In this document: one piece after another, positions 27,593-37,875 of the stretch
How positions within the stretch are numbered: position 1 is the stretch's first letter
Layout of the letters: the number at the start of each line of letters is the position of its first letter
Origin: a virus
Length of the DNA: 64,000 nt
Virus record (IMG/VR): IMGVR_UViG_3300003323_000666
Location: 7,766 to 71,765 of that record
Strand: one strand, 5' to 3'
Made by a program: the position numbers and the translations under genes
The notes under the pieces: generated by a model
Database searches by the model: none
The model's input: the letters and a program-made list of their open reading frames with translations, nothing else
What the model was told of the DNA's origin: nothing

Positions 27593-28628
27593 TCAAAATA
27601 TAGGGCCAATAAAGGGGACCAAACTATCTCCTGAAAAAGAGAGATTATACCAGCAGTGGCGTGCAAAACTACCTAAACCGCTTCAATATGAGGGGGACTA
27701 TGATCTTCGTGGCTTATGGAACGAAAATCCAAATGTAAAGCCGTCTCCCAATTTACATTTTACGGATAAGTATAAACTACCAAACCATCCTACCTTCTCG
27801 AACGAAAGTAAATATTTCAATGAGGCAAATAAACATATGGGTGGCCAATGGCAAGAAACGGATAGCTCATTTAATTACATACCATTTAACCCAAATATAA
27901 AAGACACTGTAATAGAAATGAAAGAAGGGGTAAGAAAGCAGGCCTTGGCCCCAAATCCAGATGTTGAATCAATTAATTGGGCAAAAAGCTATGTGGCCTC
28001 GCCAAAATATAATGAAAGATTATCGGCCTTTTATAAATATCCGGATTACATTCAGAGGAAACGAGCAGATGTATTGAATGGGATTAAAATATCTGAAAAC
28101 GCAGGAACTGCAAGCAAGTATTGGCCGCAAGATAACGAAATACGAGTTAGCCCTACTCAAATCCAGTCATTAGGTGCATTGCGTCCAGAAGTCGTTGTTC
28201 ATGAAGGCGCACATGCCCTAAATTGGGGGAACAACAAGGCTGCGGCACTAACCCCAAATGAAGCCAAGTTCATCTTAGAGAGGAATAAAAATGTGAGTGG
28301 GGCAAGGGCGCAAGAACTATTGAAGTCCGCCAAGGAATCTAATCAATATATAGGAGATTATTTATCCGGATCAACACATGATATAAATCCAGCAGAATCC
28401 CTTTCTGATATACAGGCCTTCAGGTTTTTATTAAATAAACGCGGCATTCATGATGCAAGGAAGGAAAATATTACGCCGGAAATGCTGAAGAGGGCCAAAT
28501 CAGATCCTATATTGAAGAAATCATTCACAATGAAGCGATTATTAAATAACTTTAATGACGAACAGCTTATAGAAATAATGAATAAAGTTGCTTCTAATAC
28601 TGGCAATAAACCATCAAATATAGCATAG
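27579..28628 (+). CDS. Virion cargo protein with zincin-like metallopeptidase domain
   Basis: VVVHEGAHA (HExxH) and downstream E; start moved to MPDRNQ. Confidence 0.7.
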   Translation: MPDRNQNIGPIKGTKLSPEKERLYQQWRAKLPKPLQYEGDYDLRGLWNENPNVKPSPNLHFTDKYKLPNHPTFSNESKYFNEANKHMGGQWQETDSSFNYIPFNPNIKDTVIEMKEGVRKQALAPNPDVESINWAKSYVASPKYNERLSAFYKYPDYIQRKRADVLNGIKISENAGTASKYWPQDNEIRVSPTQIQSLGALRPEVVVHEGAHALNWGNNKAAALTPNEAKFILERNKNVSGARAQELLKSAKESNQYIGDYLSGSTHDINPAESLSDIQAFRFLLNKRGIHDARKENITPEMLKRAKSDPILKKSFTMKRLLNNFNDEQLIEIMNKVASNTGNKPSNIA

Positions 28629-28629
28629 C

Positions 28630-29148
28630 ATGGAAGAAGAAATATGGAAGGATATGGTGGGATATGAAGGGAGATATATGGTGAGTGATTTAGGTAGAAT
28701 TTATTCATTTATCACTAAAAAATATCTAGTCCTTAGGAAAAATAGGGGTGGATATCAATATTTTACAGCTCACAATAAAGAATTCACTGCGACATGTGTG
28801 ACAGTGCACAGGACAGTAATGAAAGCATTTCGTGAAAACGAGCATGGTTACCCATACATCAACCATATAAACGGCATTAAATCTGATAATCGACTGTCAA
28901 ACTTAGAATGGTGTACTCCTAAACAAAATGTACAACACGCGATACAGAATAGTTTAAGGAAGAAAATGGTTCAAAAAAAGAGGCATTCTCGCTGCAAGTT
29001 AACAGACGATCAGGTTATAGATATTAGAGCAAGCGGCCTAACACAAAGAGCATTGGCAAAAATATATGGAGTGACATCTGCCAGCATCCATTTGATAAAA
29101 AAATACAAAATATATAAAAAACTAGTATCCAATGTCGACTTATGCTAA
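28630..29148 (+). CDS. NUMOD4/HNH homing endonuclease with C-terminal HTH
   Basis: EIWKDMVGYEGRYMVSDLGRI (NUMOD4); INHINGIKSDNRLSNLEWCT..QN (HNH). Confidence 0.92.
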   Translation: MEEEIWKDMVGYEGRYMVSDLGRIYSFITKKYLVLRKNRGGYQYFTAHNKEFTATCVTVHRTVMKAFRENEHGYPYINHINGIKSDNRLSNLEWCTPKQNVQHAIQNSLRKKMVQKKRHSRCKLTDDQVIDIRASGLTQRALAKIYGVTSASIHLIKKYKIYKKLVSNVDLC

Positions 29149-30559
29149 TGGTGAGAGCGTTGTCTTTAACCAACAACCTTTTTACATGATGATGCAGCAG
29201 CGTGCCCAACAAAAGAGGCTGGAGGATGCCGCATTGAATAAACAGATAGAAGACGATCTTGGTAAAATACAGACTAAAGGTATACGTGATGTTGATACTG
29301 AAAACATATTGTCCCAATATGCCCGGATAAAGGATATGGGAATTGCCTATCGGGAAGCGATACGTAATCCAGCCAAGAACCCAAAAGCCTACAGAGAATA
29401 TAGGGATGCCTGGCAGAAAATACAAAATGATATCGCTGCTTCCCAAGATGCCAAGGAAAGAGCAAAAACGCTATATACCTTTTACGGGTCTAATCATGAT
29501 AAAATAGATACTGATGCCTTCAAGCAAAAAATGAGTGGAATCAATGCCGCCATAGGAACGCCGGAATATGAAACTACAAAGAATTTTAATCTGGATGACA
29601 TCGTATTTAAGGATGAAAAATTCGACATGGGCAAATGGAATACTGCAATTTTAGCAGCGGCCCCAGGTAAAAATGTAAATATCCCCGAGCGACTGCCAAA
29701 TGGACAATATAAGAATGTTAAATCATTCGAAAGGGATCCGGTAGCATTAGGCACTGCTGCGGCTACGGCATATGATGCAAATTTACATGGTGCTGAAAAA
29801 TATTTTAATAATCAATTTGCCAAATTAGACCCGGAACAGAAATTAACATATGAAGAATATGTAAAGCAATATGACCCTAAATTTGAGATAAAAACTCCAA
29901 AAGATCTTGCAGTCGCTACGGCCCTGTTCGGGAAGGTAAAACAGGATATGGGGTATGATATTTCTGGACCTGACCAAGCCTTCGCCATGGCACAACAGCA
30001 AAGGGCATTTAATCAGGCAGAGAAGATGGCCGCGTTACAGGAGCAAAACATTAGGACTCGACCTACCAAATCAAAATCTGAAGAAGATTATGTTTTGGCG
30101 AAAGATATTGCAAAAGATATGTCTAGTGGGAATATAAGCCGCGCGTTGGAGCCATTCCAATCATATGCAAGTCCCGGGACAGTTGTCACATACTTGCATA
30201 GTAAAGTATTGGACAATGGCATGCTAGATAGAATTTATAAAGACTTAAGGAAAGATGGGGTTGATGCAAAAACACGGCTGATAGACAGGAGTGCATTAAA
30301 TGATGGAGCTATTGTTGTAGGAGTTCCTAAAATTAACCCTCAAACGAAAGAACCAATGCCGGGATATAATTATATGATCGTAACTAATAAAGATAAACGC
30401 CCGGAATCCAGGATAAATGCATTATTAAATTATGCTAAAGGTGGTACAATTACCCCTTTAAAAGATAGTTATTATAAAAAGAGAAGTGAAGAAGAGCCTT
30501 TAATTCAGCCACAGATGCTTTCAGAAGGTTCATTAAACGATGTTGACGAAAATCAATAA
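29132..30559 (+). CDS. Internal virion / ejection protein
   Basis: Helical, located before the giant protein. Confidence 0.6.
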   Translation: MSTYANGESVVFNQQPFYMMMQQRAQQKRLEDAALNKQIEDDLGKIQTKGIRDVDTENILSQYARIKDMGIAYREAIRNPAKNPKAYREYRDAWQKIQNDIAASQDAKERAKTLYTFYGSNHDKIDTDAFKQKMSGINAAIGTPEYETTKNFNLDDIVFKDEKFDMGKWNTAILAAAPGKNVNIPERLPNGQYKNVKSFERDPVALGTAAATAYDANLHGAEKYFNNQFAKLDPEQKLTYEEYVKQYDPKFEIKTPKDLAVATALFGKVKQDMGYDISGPDQAFAMAQQQRAFNQAEKMAALQEQNIRTRPTKSKSEEDYVLAKDIAKDMSSGNISRALEPFQSYASPGTVVTYLHSKVLDNGMLDRIYKDLRKDGVDAKTRLIDRSALNDGAIVVGVPKINPQTKEPMPGYNYMIVTNKDKRPESRINALLNYAKGGTITPLKDSYYKKRSEEEPLIQPQMLSEGSLNDVDENQ

Positions 30560-30562
30560 TTA

Positions 30563-33500
30563 ATGCCAGAAGATAAACCATATATTCAGAAAATATACAA
30601 TTTCTTAAATTCAAGCTATGGGGCCAATGGGCAATTATCTCCTGGCGCTTTTACACTTGGATTTGATGATTTTTACAATAAAATAACAACCAACGATAAG
30701 TATGCTAATAAAATATATTCTGCACTCAATACGGCATATGGGCCTACAGGAAAACTAAAGGCGGGTGCTTTTACACTAGATGAAGGTACATTTAAAAGTA
30801 AGGTAATGTCGCCTGTTAGTCCTGCTCCAGTAGGTGTATTGGCTCCTGTAAATACAGCACAACCAAAATATTACGAGACACAGCCTGTGGCTACTGCCAC
30901 CACAGAAGATCCCGCTCTTTCTGTAATGAAGAGTGCAAGTGATATACCACAAGAAATGTTTCTGGATAAAGATGGACAGTTTAAGACACATAAATCTCCG
31001 GGCGTAATGTCCGATATATCTGCATTTGATCCTATTTTAGCAGCCAAGGAGGAAAGCGACCAAGAGGCGGTAAAGAAATTTAATCAAAGTGTATTTAATG
31101 TTACGCCTAAAATAGATCCTCTGACGCAAAAGGAGCTGCCCTTATCTGACTTCCAATTCCAAATGAGGAATAAATTAAAGGAGTGGGATGAAATCGATAA
31201 AAACTTACACGAACAACAGCAAAAGGCCGATGAGTTTTATAAAACTACTGCGGGTGGATTATACTATAGCTTTGTGCGGCCAATATATAAAACCATGCTT
31301 AATGCAGGTAAAAATACAAGTGCATTAACGCTAAGGGCCGCTGGAGAGCTAGGTGCATCTTTAGGCTTAGACGAATCTAAAGAAATATTAGATAAAACAG
31401 CAGATGGCCTTGTTGATTACTTTGATTTTAATAGGCTTGCAAGGCAAGGTAATTCAAGTGGTTATCTGAACTTAGAACCTACCGCACAGCAAGGGGCTTT
31501 AAATAAAAAAAACATATTACCTCGTGCGATGGAGGCCATATCGTCTATGGCGGCACTTATGGGTGGAGCAAGGGCAGCAGGCGGTGGAACATCCGGTCTA
31601 TTCGCTTCTTCGTATGCAATTACATTCGAAGACTATAGGAAACGTGCGAAGGATGCCGGCTTAAATAATGAAGAGGCGGATAGGTTTGCAACAATTAGCG
31701 CTGGCGTTACCTCTGCATTAGAAATGATTAGCCCAAACAGATTTTTATTGGGCGGAGAGGGGCTGGCAAAACAGAGCATCTTTTCGGCCATAAAAAATGG
31801 TGTTCCCGTCAAAGAGGCAGTTAAACAAGGAGCACGTACAGCTTTTAAGGAAATAGGGAGGGAAAACATACAGGAATTTTCACAAAACGTGGCCGATAAG
31901 GTTATAAGGGGTGGCACGGATCTCGTAACCAATCAAAATAGATTCAACGAAGATGGGATATTGCCATCATTTCAGGAAAATTTAGAAACTGCGATATTAA
32001 CTACTATCGCTACCGGCGTAATGTCTGCAAGGCATATAACTCATAATGCCTCTCCATCGTCAATAGAACGAAGTGCATGGAGTCAGGCCGCGGATAATAT
32101 AGAATCTTTCACCCAAACGGTTAAGGGCGCTATACAAGAAGGGCAAATAGATCCGCATGCTGGTCGGAGGATGATTGAACGGGTAGGAGAGTATAAAGAG
32201 CTTTATGACGCCCTTCAGGACCATGCATACTCCGCTGACAAGGCGGCTAATATTGCGATAGAGGGCATAAAGTCAAAGCGTATACAAGAAAGGTCAAAGC
32301 CGCTATCAGGACTGAAGTCATTGCAAAATCTTGCCACACAAGATGAACAATCTCAATCAGAAATAGAGGCAAAAATTAGTGATATAGAAAATGATATTCC
32401 AGAGGTGGGAACAGAACTCTCATCCACGGAAGTGAAGGATTTGCTCACTCAGGTAGGTGGACAGGATAAAATCGATATGGTTTCGGATAATGGCTATAAG
32501 GTAACACAGATTGATTTAAATGATTTATACAATGAAAATGAAGAATTTAAGAAGTATGTAGATGACGGGAAATTAAGGCCATCCGCAAATAAAAATTCGC
32601 TCAAGGTTCCGGCTATTGTAAATATGGACGGAAGGGTGGTTGACGGAATGAATCGATTGGCACAGCTATATGTGGATGGTGCTAATAAAGTAAATGCACT
32701 TAAGGAAATGTATCGTCCGGATGTATCTATTATACAATCTATAAATCCGCCAAGAATAGTCCCGATTCAGGGTGAACGATCTAATGTATCAGTAACTAGA
32801 CCAAATACTCCAAACATAGTCGAAATACAACCTAAATTATCAGAAGATGCCATTCAAGTCGAAAGCCCAACAAAGATTCCTGTTCGCAACGAAACTGGAA
32901 ATAGCGAAGAAGTGGGCCAAGGAAACGCCGAACTTCAAAACATTAGTGGAGAAGGTGAAGTCAGGAATGAAGCCTCACCACAAGAAGAAATAGAATCAAA
33001 AATCCAGAAGCCACAATCTATTGAAGAGGCTAAACAGAGAAGGGATGATGCTATAAACAGGCTAAAAGAAGTTTATAACAGTATAAACACAACGGATAAT
33101 ACCGCTGATAGGAATCTATTGCCTGTAGATGAAATGCAAGTAAGAGACAGGGCATTGTATGACGCGATAAAGGAGGAATTGAGTTTTCGTGGGAATAGGA
33201 TCGAATCAATGCCAGATGACATAAGAGAGAGCGTTAAAGAAAGAACATACAAAGAAATATCTAATACCATCCCGATTCAGAAAGAAGTGTTTGATAGGGT
33301 TTTTGACCAGGTATATGCCGATCAAAGAAATCCATTAGATGCTGAAAAAAGAACCGTGGAAAGCCTGTTTGACGGCACAAAGACATCTGCTGAAATAGTT
33401 CAAAGGTTATCTGATTTAGCAGAAGATAAATTTCTTTCTGATCGTGTTAGGGAATTAGTGCCATACCTGCAACAAAATCCAGAAATAAAATTTAGTAAGC

Positions 33501-36500
33501 TGTTCACTACTGCTGTTGGCGAAGCATTCCCAACTGGAGATTGGACCGTCTTACCTGCAAATGCTAAAAACAAAAAAATACTCTCGTATGCTGTAATACA
33601 TGAGTTGTATCATGCAATTTCATTGAATGAATTGATGAATAATGAATCATTTAATGAAAAGATAAGCGACCTCGTTTACAAGCTCAGAGAACAGCTAAAT
33701 TTGAAAACATACTTCGACGGCGTGAGCAGTATTGAATACGGGGCTAAGAAAAACATGAAGTATTACGGATTGATTAACAGCGCAGAGTTTATAGCTGAAA
33801 TATTCAGTAATAAGTCTTTCTCGGAACTAATTGATAAAACTGATCTGGGAGAAAAAAAGCCGATTCTGACTAGAGTGATTGACTATATAAAATCGGCGCT
33901 GGGAATTAAGTCTTCCTCATCCACTAATTCTGATAAAATCAGGAAGATGATCTTATCCTCCATAGACAATAAGATAAACTTTGATCGAAGTGGGAAATAT
34001 GATGTGGAGATAAAAAATATGCGAGAGAATGCTCGTGAAGGTGATTTTAAATTTACTCCACAGGCTGAAAATAAATGGGCGGACAAAACTAGCAGAGACA
34101 AAGCTATTGACAGGCTTAAAGAAGCGTATAATAATTTGGGCAATCTTGGATTTGCTTTTGATCCTAAACAGGCAGCACAACGCCAAGTTGCCTTCGACAA
34201 GGCCCTTGTTAATTATATAAAGGAAGAGATCCTATATCGCGTAAACGTGGTTAAGGGATTTGCTAAATATAAAAAAGGGCAAATTCGTACAGCGATATCC
34301 AGAGCAATGCGTGCTGAAGGAATTAAGCCAGATGTGGAGGTGTTTAATAAAGCATTCGAAGAAGCGTATAAAAATATTAAATCTATACCAGGCGTACTAG
34401 GGAAAAATTTGGATAGAATTTCGTTTAAAGAATATATTAAAAGTAAGATAAAAGCTCGTGAAAAGGGAAGAAAGGAAGGGCTTAAAGAGGGTATTACAAC
34501 AGCCAAGCAGCGGGTATACGATGTTAAAAAGGGGATATCCGAGGCGATAAAAGGAACAGGCATTAAACTGTCCATTCAGCAGTTAAGGAGAATCACTGAA
34601 TTACTTCAACAATCCATTACCGCAAAAGATACCCAAAAATCAATAGATCATGCTGTTGATGTAGCTACCCAAATGGTATGGGAGAGCAAAAACAAGCAGA
34701 AGATAAATACGGCCCGTGGATTAATCAAAAAAATCAGATCGATGAAACGATCTGCATCCATGGTTATATCAGATATAGAGTGGATTAATCAGTTAGATTT
34801 ACCCTCTCCCAATAAGGTAGATGATGTGGATACGTATGTTAATATGCTTGATGACTATCTAAAATCTCGTAAGGGGAATGAAGATAGTCCAACATATACA
34901 AAGGAAGATATAGCTGACTTTATACAGAATGAAAATGACCGGATCTATAGGGAGAAAAGATTATCTCAACAGCAGGAGTTGGATGAGTTAATATCTAAAG
35001 GGTTGATGCCTTCAGATGTAACATTGGATGAATATATAGCTTTATTGGACAATGAATCTCCAGCAAAAGTTTCCGAAGGACTTAGCAAAAAGGCTGAACA
35101 ATTGAAGGATTTCATTCGCCCCAAAGCCGCTGACTTTAGAAGACGATTAAGAGATATGGAACAGCCAGGGAATGTTGACCCTCTATTTGATTTGATGTCT
35201 ACCGCCCAACGTGATGTTGTTAAGCGTTTGGCAGAAATTGATGTTGCTGACTTGAAAACAGAGGATCTGGTAAAATTAAATAATGTTCTCAATAATATCG
35301 CAGAAGATGGGACCGTGGATGGAGCAGGACAGCTCATCACTTCTTATGAAGCGGCACAAGATGTAAAGGATCTTGTAGAATCCGAGGACAAGATCCGCCA
35401 ATTGCCATCTGTGGGAGTTCTTTCTAAAAAGAATATATCAAACTTTAGTGCTGCCTTATTCTATAACGATAATGCAATTTCTAGGTTTAGATCAAAAACC
35501 ATTGGCCCTATAGAGAGAAAACTGTCACCAGCCTTTAAAAAAACTCAGCGGGTTGTTCAACAATTCGTTGCGTTAAATAAAAAGCATAAGATAGACGCTC
35601 AATCAAATGCTAGGCTGCATGCGTTTTCCTATATAAACCAGTATAAAGGGATAGAAAAGGGAGAAATATCAGATGCACTAAATACAAAGGTAGAAGAACT
35701 GATTGATGATGCTGAGTATGTATATAGTGAAGGAGTTAGAATGTCTGGAAGAAGGGGGGGGCAAATGTTGAGAGAGTCACAGCAAAGATTGGACGCTTTA
35801 AAGTCGTTAGGACTGATTGACTATCATATACAGGATGGGCAATTAAAGATTGACCGTACTGAAAGATTTGATAGTGAAAATCCAGAACGTGCCGTGAAGG
35901 AGGTTTATAAAAAGCTCTCCTTCGGAGAAAAGGCTGTTTATAATTACGTAAAGGATCATTATGCCTCTATTGCAAGTGACTTAGAGTTTGTAACCAGGAC
36001 ATACGCCAATAAAGAATTTGTAAGAGAGCGAAATTATGTTTCACAAGTCGCAAAAAAGAAGTCTGGAGAATCATTTAACGACAGCGAATTATCTGATAAT
36101 ACCGACATACTAGTGGATCGCAGATCTGTAAATAGCAAGCCTGCTGGAACCACTATGACTCGTTCAGATAGGAAACCGGCGAGCGTTTACTACGATGGAG
36201 ATTTCTTTTCAAATTTTGTCAATAGGTATTATCAATCCCTCTATACAATAGAAGTGCTCCCGGAGCTACAGCGAGTTGCAAAAGTTGCAAATGATAAGCA
36301 ATTTGCAGATTTTGTTAATGGAGCATTGGATGAAGGATTCAAGGGCGAACGTGGATATAATTACCTTCAATTTAAAAAGAAACTTGCGCAAGCGATCAAT
36401 GAGGGGAAATATTCCCCATTTTTTAAGAGAGAAAATCAAGGACGATTTGATAAAATAGCTTCGAATATTATAGGAACCGGTGTTAAGTTAGCGCTTAATA

Positions 36501-37843
36501 ATATTTGGCAAGGTCCAAAGCAGTTTGCGCCGGCTATTGTGCATAATTTTGCAATCGCCCATCCCAAAGCGGTGTCTTTTGCTATTGGCACCGGATTAAA
36601 ATCATTGATAGATAAATCATATGGAGAAGACAGGGCCAAGTTCCTTTCTAATTTTACTGGAGTTAAACGTGCCGCTCTTGGATCAGAGGCGTATGACACT
36701 TATATCAAGCGATTTAAAGACAATCCCGGATGGTGGACTAAAACCACAGAGGTATCAGATAGGCTTGCCAAATTATCTGCCTTTTCATTAGAAAGGGGGG
36801 ATAGAGCAGCTCAAAATACCGCTTATATTAGCGGGTATATTACGTCCTTGCTTAATCAGGGCAAGATTAAGCATATATCCGAATTTGATTTCGCCAAAGA
36901 AGCTGAGAATCCGAATAAAGAGGCATTGGCATTTGCAGAGCAAATAGCGTCCGCAATCAATAATGAATCGGCCAGGGAATATAAACCGGATGTATTAAAG
37001 GACTCTGATAAGGCTAGACTGTTATGGCTGCTTCAAGGATTTTCTTTAAATGCATATCAGAATGCAATGAATAAAATAAAAATAATAAGTGATAATAGGT
37101 CAACCGGTGAAGAGCGACAAGAGGCGGCCTTGCATTTTGTTGGATATCTTGGAGAAATGGCTACCTATCAAATGGTAGGGAAAACCGCTAGAGGCCTTCA
37201 ATATTCAATTGCCGCAGCGTTGTTAGGCACATTATTGTCTCAATTTGGGATCCGCTTAAAAGATGAAGATGAAGAAGCTAAAAGGAATAGGAAAAAGAAA
37301 GAATCTATCCGGACTGCCTCAAATATAGGCGCAGACATAGCCTTGTCCGGATTGTCTGCTCCATATCAAATAACAGCTAAGGAGTTATTTAATATGGGGT
37401 ATAAGGAGTGGGCCAAACACGAAGTTTCATTAAAGAAAAAGGAAGCAAAAGCAAAAGGAGAAAAATTTGATCCTAAAGGGACGTATCTCAGTCCATATTT
37501 TGTTCCCTTTTATGGAGCTGACGGCCCTGGCGGTGGTGCGGAATTCTTCTTCGCAAATGGTAAGGCTGCGTTAAAGGTCATAGGCGATCAACTTGGATGG
37601 TCTGCCGAGGAAGAGAAAAAGAAGTCGGAGGAAGATAAGGAGATAGAGGCTATAGCCAAAAAGCTAAATGTATCTATGATGGCAGCGGCAGCAATTTTAA
37701 GATCAGGAGATCTGGCGTTATTAAACAACAAGATGCAGCAGCAGATAAAAAATGCCACCAAAGATGCGCATAAACCAGCATCGGCAGCAGCCGGCGGCCA
37801 TAGGCGTACCCGGACAAGAAGAAGAACGGCGAATAATCGGTAA
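30563..37843 (+). CDS. Giant polyvalent virion/ejection protein with ParB-like and zincin (MPTase-like) domains
   Basis: 2426 aa; PAIV..DGRVVDGMNRL; VIHELYH...AEFIAE. Confidence 0.8.
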   Translation: MPEDKPYIQKIYNFLNSSYGANGQLSPGAFTLGFDDFYNKITTNDKYANKIYSALNTAYGPTGKLKAGAFTLDEGTFKSKVMSPVSPAPVGVLAPVNTAQPKYYETQPVATATTEDPALSVMKSASDIPQEMFLDKDGQFKTHKSPGVMSDISAFDPILAAKEESDQEAVKKFNQSVFNVTPKIDPLTQKELPLSDFQFQMRNKLKEWDEIDKNLHEQQQKADEFYKTTAGGLYYSFVRPIYKTMLNAGKNTSALTLRAAGELGASLGLDESKEILDKTADGLVDYFDFNRLARQGNSSGYLNLEPTAQQGALNKKNILPRAMEAISSMAALMGGARAAGGGTSGLFASSYAITFEDYRKRAKDAGLNNEEADRFATISAGVTSALEMISPNRFLLGGEGLAKQSIFSAIKNGVPVKEAVKQGARTAFKEIGRENIQEFSQNVADKVIRGGTDLVTNQNRFNEDGILPSFQENLETAILTTIATGVMSARHITHNASPSSIERSAWSQAADNIESFTQTVKGAIQEGQIDPHAGRRMIERVGEYKELYDALQDHAYSADKAANIAIEGIKSKRIQERSKPLSGLKSLQNLATQDEQSQSEIEAKISDIENDIPEVGTELSSTEVKDLLTQVGGQDKIDMVSDNGYKVTQIDLNDLYNENEEFKKYVDDGKLRPSANKNSLKVPAIVNMDGRVVDGMNRLAQLYVDGANKVNALKEMYRPDVSIIQSINPPRIVPIQGERSNVSVTRPNTPNIVEIQPKLSEDAIQVESPTKIPVRNETGNSEEVGQGNAELQNISGEGEVRNEASPQEEIESKIQKPQSIEEAKQRRDDAINRLKEVYNSINTTDNTADRNLLPVDEMQVRDRALYDAIKEELSFRGNRIESMPDDIRESVKERTYKEISNTIPIQKEVFDRVFDQVYADQRNPLDAEKRTVESLFDGTKTSAEIVQRLSDLAEDKFLSDRVRELVPYLQQNPEIKFSKLFTTAVGEAFPTGDWTVLPANAKNKKILSYAVIHELYHAISLNELMNNESFNEKISDLVYKLREQLNLKTYFDGVSSIEYGAKKNMKYYGLINSAEFIAEIFSNKSFSELIDKTDLGEKKPILTRVIDYIKSALGIKSSSSTNSDKIRKMILSSIDNKINFDRSGKYDVEIKNMRENAREGDFKFTPQAENKWADKTSRDKAIDRLKEAYNNLGNLGFAFDPKQAAQRQVAFDKALVNYIKEEILYRVNVVKGFAKYKKGQIRTAISRAMRAEGIKPDVEVFNKAFEEAYKNIKSIPGVLGKNLDRISFKEYIKSKIKAREKGRKEGLKEGITTAKQRVYDVKKGISEAIKGTGIKLSIQQLRRITELLQQSITAKDTQKSIDHAVDVATQMVWESKNKQKINTARGLIKKIRSMKRSASMVISDIEWINQLDLPSPNKVDDVDTYVNMLDDYLKSRKGNEDSPTYTKEDIADFIQNENDRIYREKRLSQQQELDELISKGLMPSDVTLDEYIALLDNESPAKVSEGLSKKAEQLKDFIRPKAADFRRRLRDMEQPGNVDPLFDLMSTAQRDVVKRLAEIDVADLKTEDLVKLNNVLNNIAEDGTVDGAGQLITSYEAAQDVKDLVESEDKIRQLPSVGVLSKKNISNFSAALFYNDNAISRFRSKTIGPIERKLSPAFKKTQRVVQQFVALNKKHKIDAQSNARLHAFSYINQYKGIEKGEISDALNTKVEELIDDAEYVYSEGVRMSGRRGGQMLRESQQRLDALKSLGLIDYHIQDGQLKIDRTERFDSENPERAVKEVYKKLSFGEKAVYNYVKDHYASIASDLEFVTRTYANKEFVRERNYVSQVAKKKSGESFNDSELSDNTDILVDRRSVNSKPAGTTMTRSDRKPASVYYDGDFFSNFVNRYYQSLYTIEVLPELQRVAKVANDKQFADFVNGALDEGFKGERGYNYLQFKKKLAQAINEGKYSPFFKRENQGRFDKIASNIIGTGVKLALNNIWQGPKQFAPAIVHNFAIAHPKAVSFAIGTGLKSLIDKSYGEDRAKFLSNFTGVKRAALGSEAYDTYIKRFKDNPGWWTKTTEVSDRLAKLSAFSLERGDRAAQNTAYISGYITSLLNQGKIKHISEFDFAKEAENPNKEALAFAEQIASAINNESAREYKPDVLKDSDKARLLWLLQGFSLNAYQNAMNKIKIISDNRSTGEERQEAALHFVGYLGEMATYQMVGKTARGLQYSIAAALLGTLLSQFGIRLKDEDEEAKRNRKKKESIRTASNIGADIALSGLSAPYQITAKELFNMGYKEWAKHEVSLKKKEAKAKGEKFDPKGTYLSPYFVPFYGADGPGGGAEFFFANGKAALKVIGDQLGWSAEEEKKKSEEDKEIEAIAKKLNVSMMAAAAILRSGDLALLNNKMQQQIKNATKDAHKPASAAAGGHRRTRTRRRTANNR
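32847..32993 (+). CDS. Nested +1-frame small basic protein (MPFKSKAQQRFLFA...)
   Basis: Manual translation of an intact 48-aa ORF resembling a small basic phage protein family. Confidence 0.55.
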   Translation: MPFKSKAQQRFLFATKLEIAKKWAKETPNFKTLVEKVKSGMKPHHKKK

Positions 37844-37850
37844 ATTTATA

Positions 37851-37858
37851 TAAATTTG
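37851..37858 (+). promoter_or_regulatory. -7 promoter element
   Basis: TAAATTTG. Confidence 0.65.
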
Positions 37859-37875
37859 TTTAAACAAATATCGTT

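Noticed and set aside
28630-29148. Group I intron around the HNH endonuclease
   Set aside because: Flanking genes are complete and abut or overlap the HNH ORF, leaving no room for an intron core; it is free-standing.
30563-37843. crAss-type virion RNA polymerase
   Set aside because: No DxDxD catalytic motif found by eye; the recognisable domains are ParB-like and zincin.
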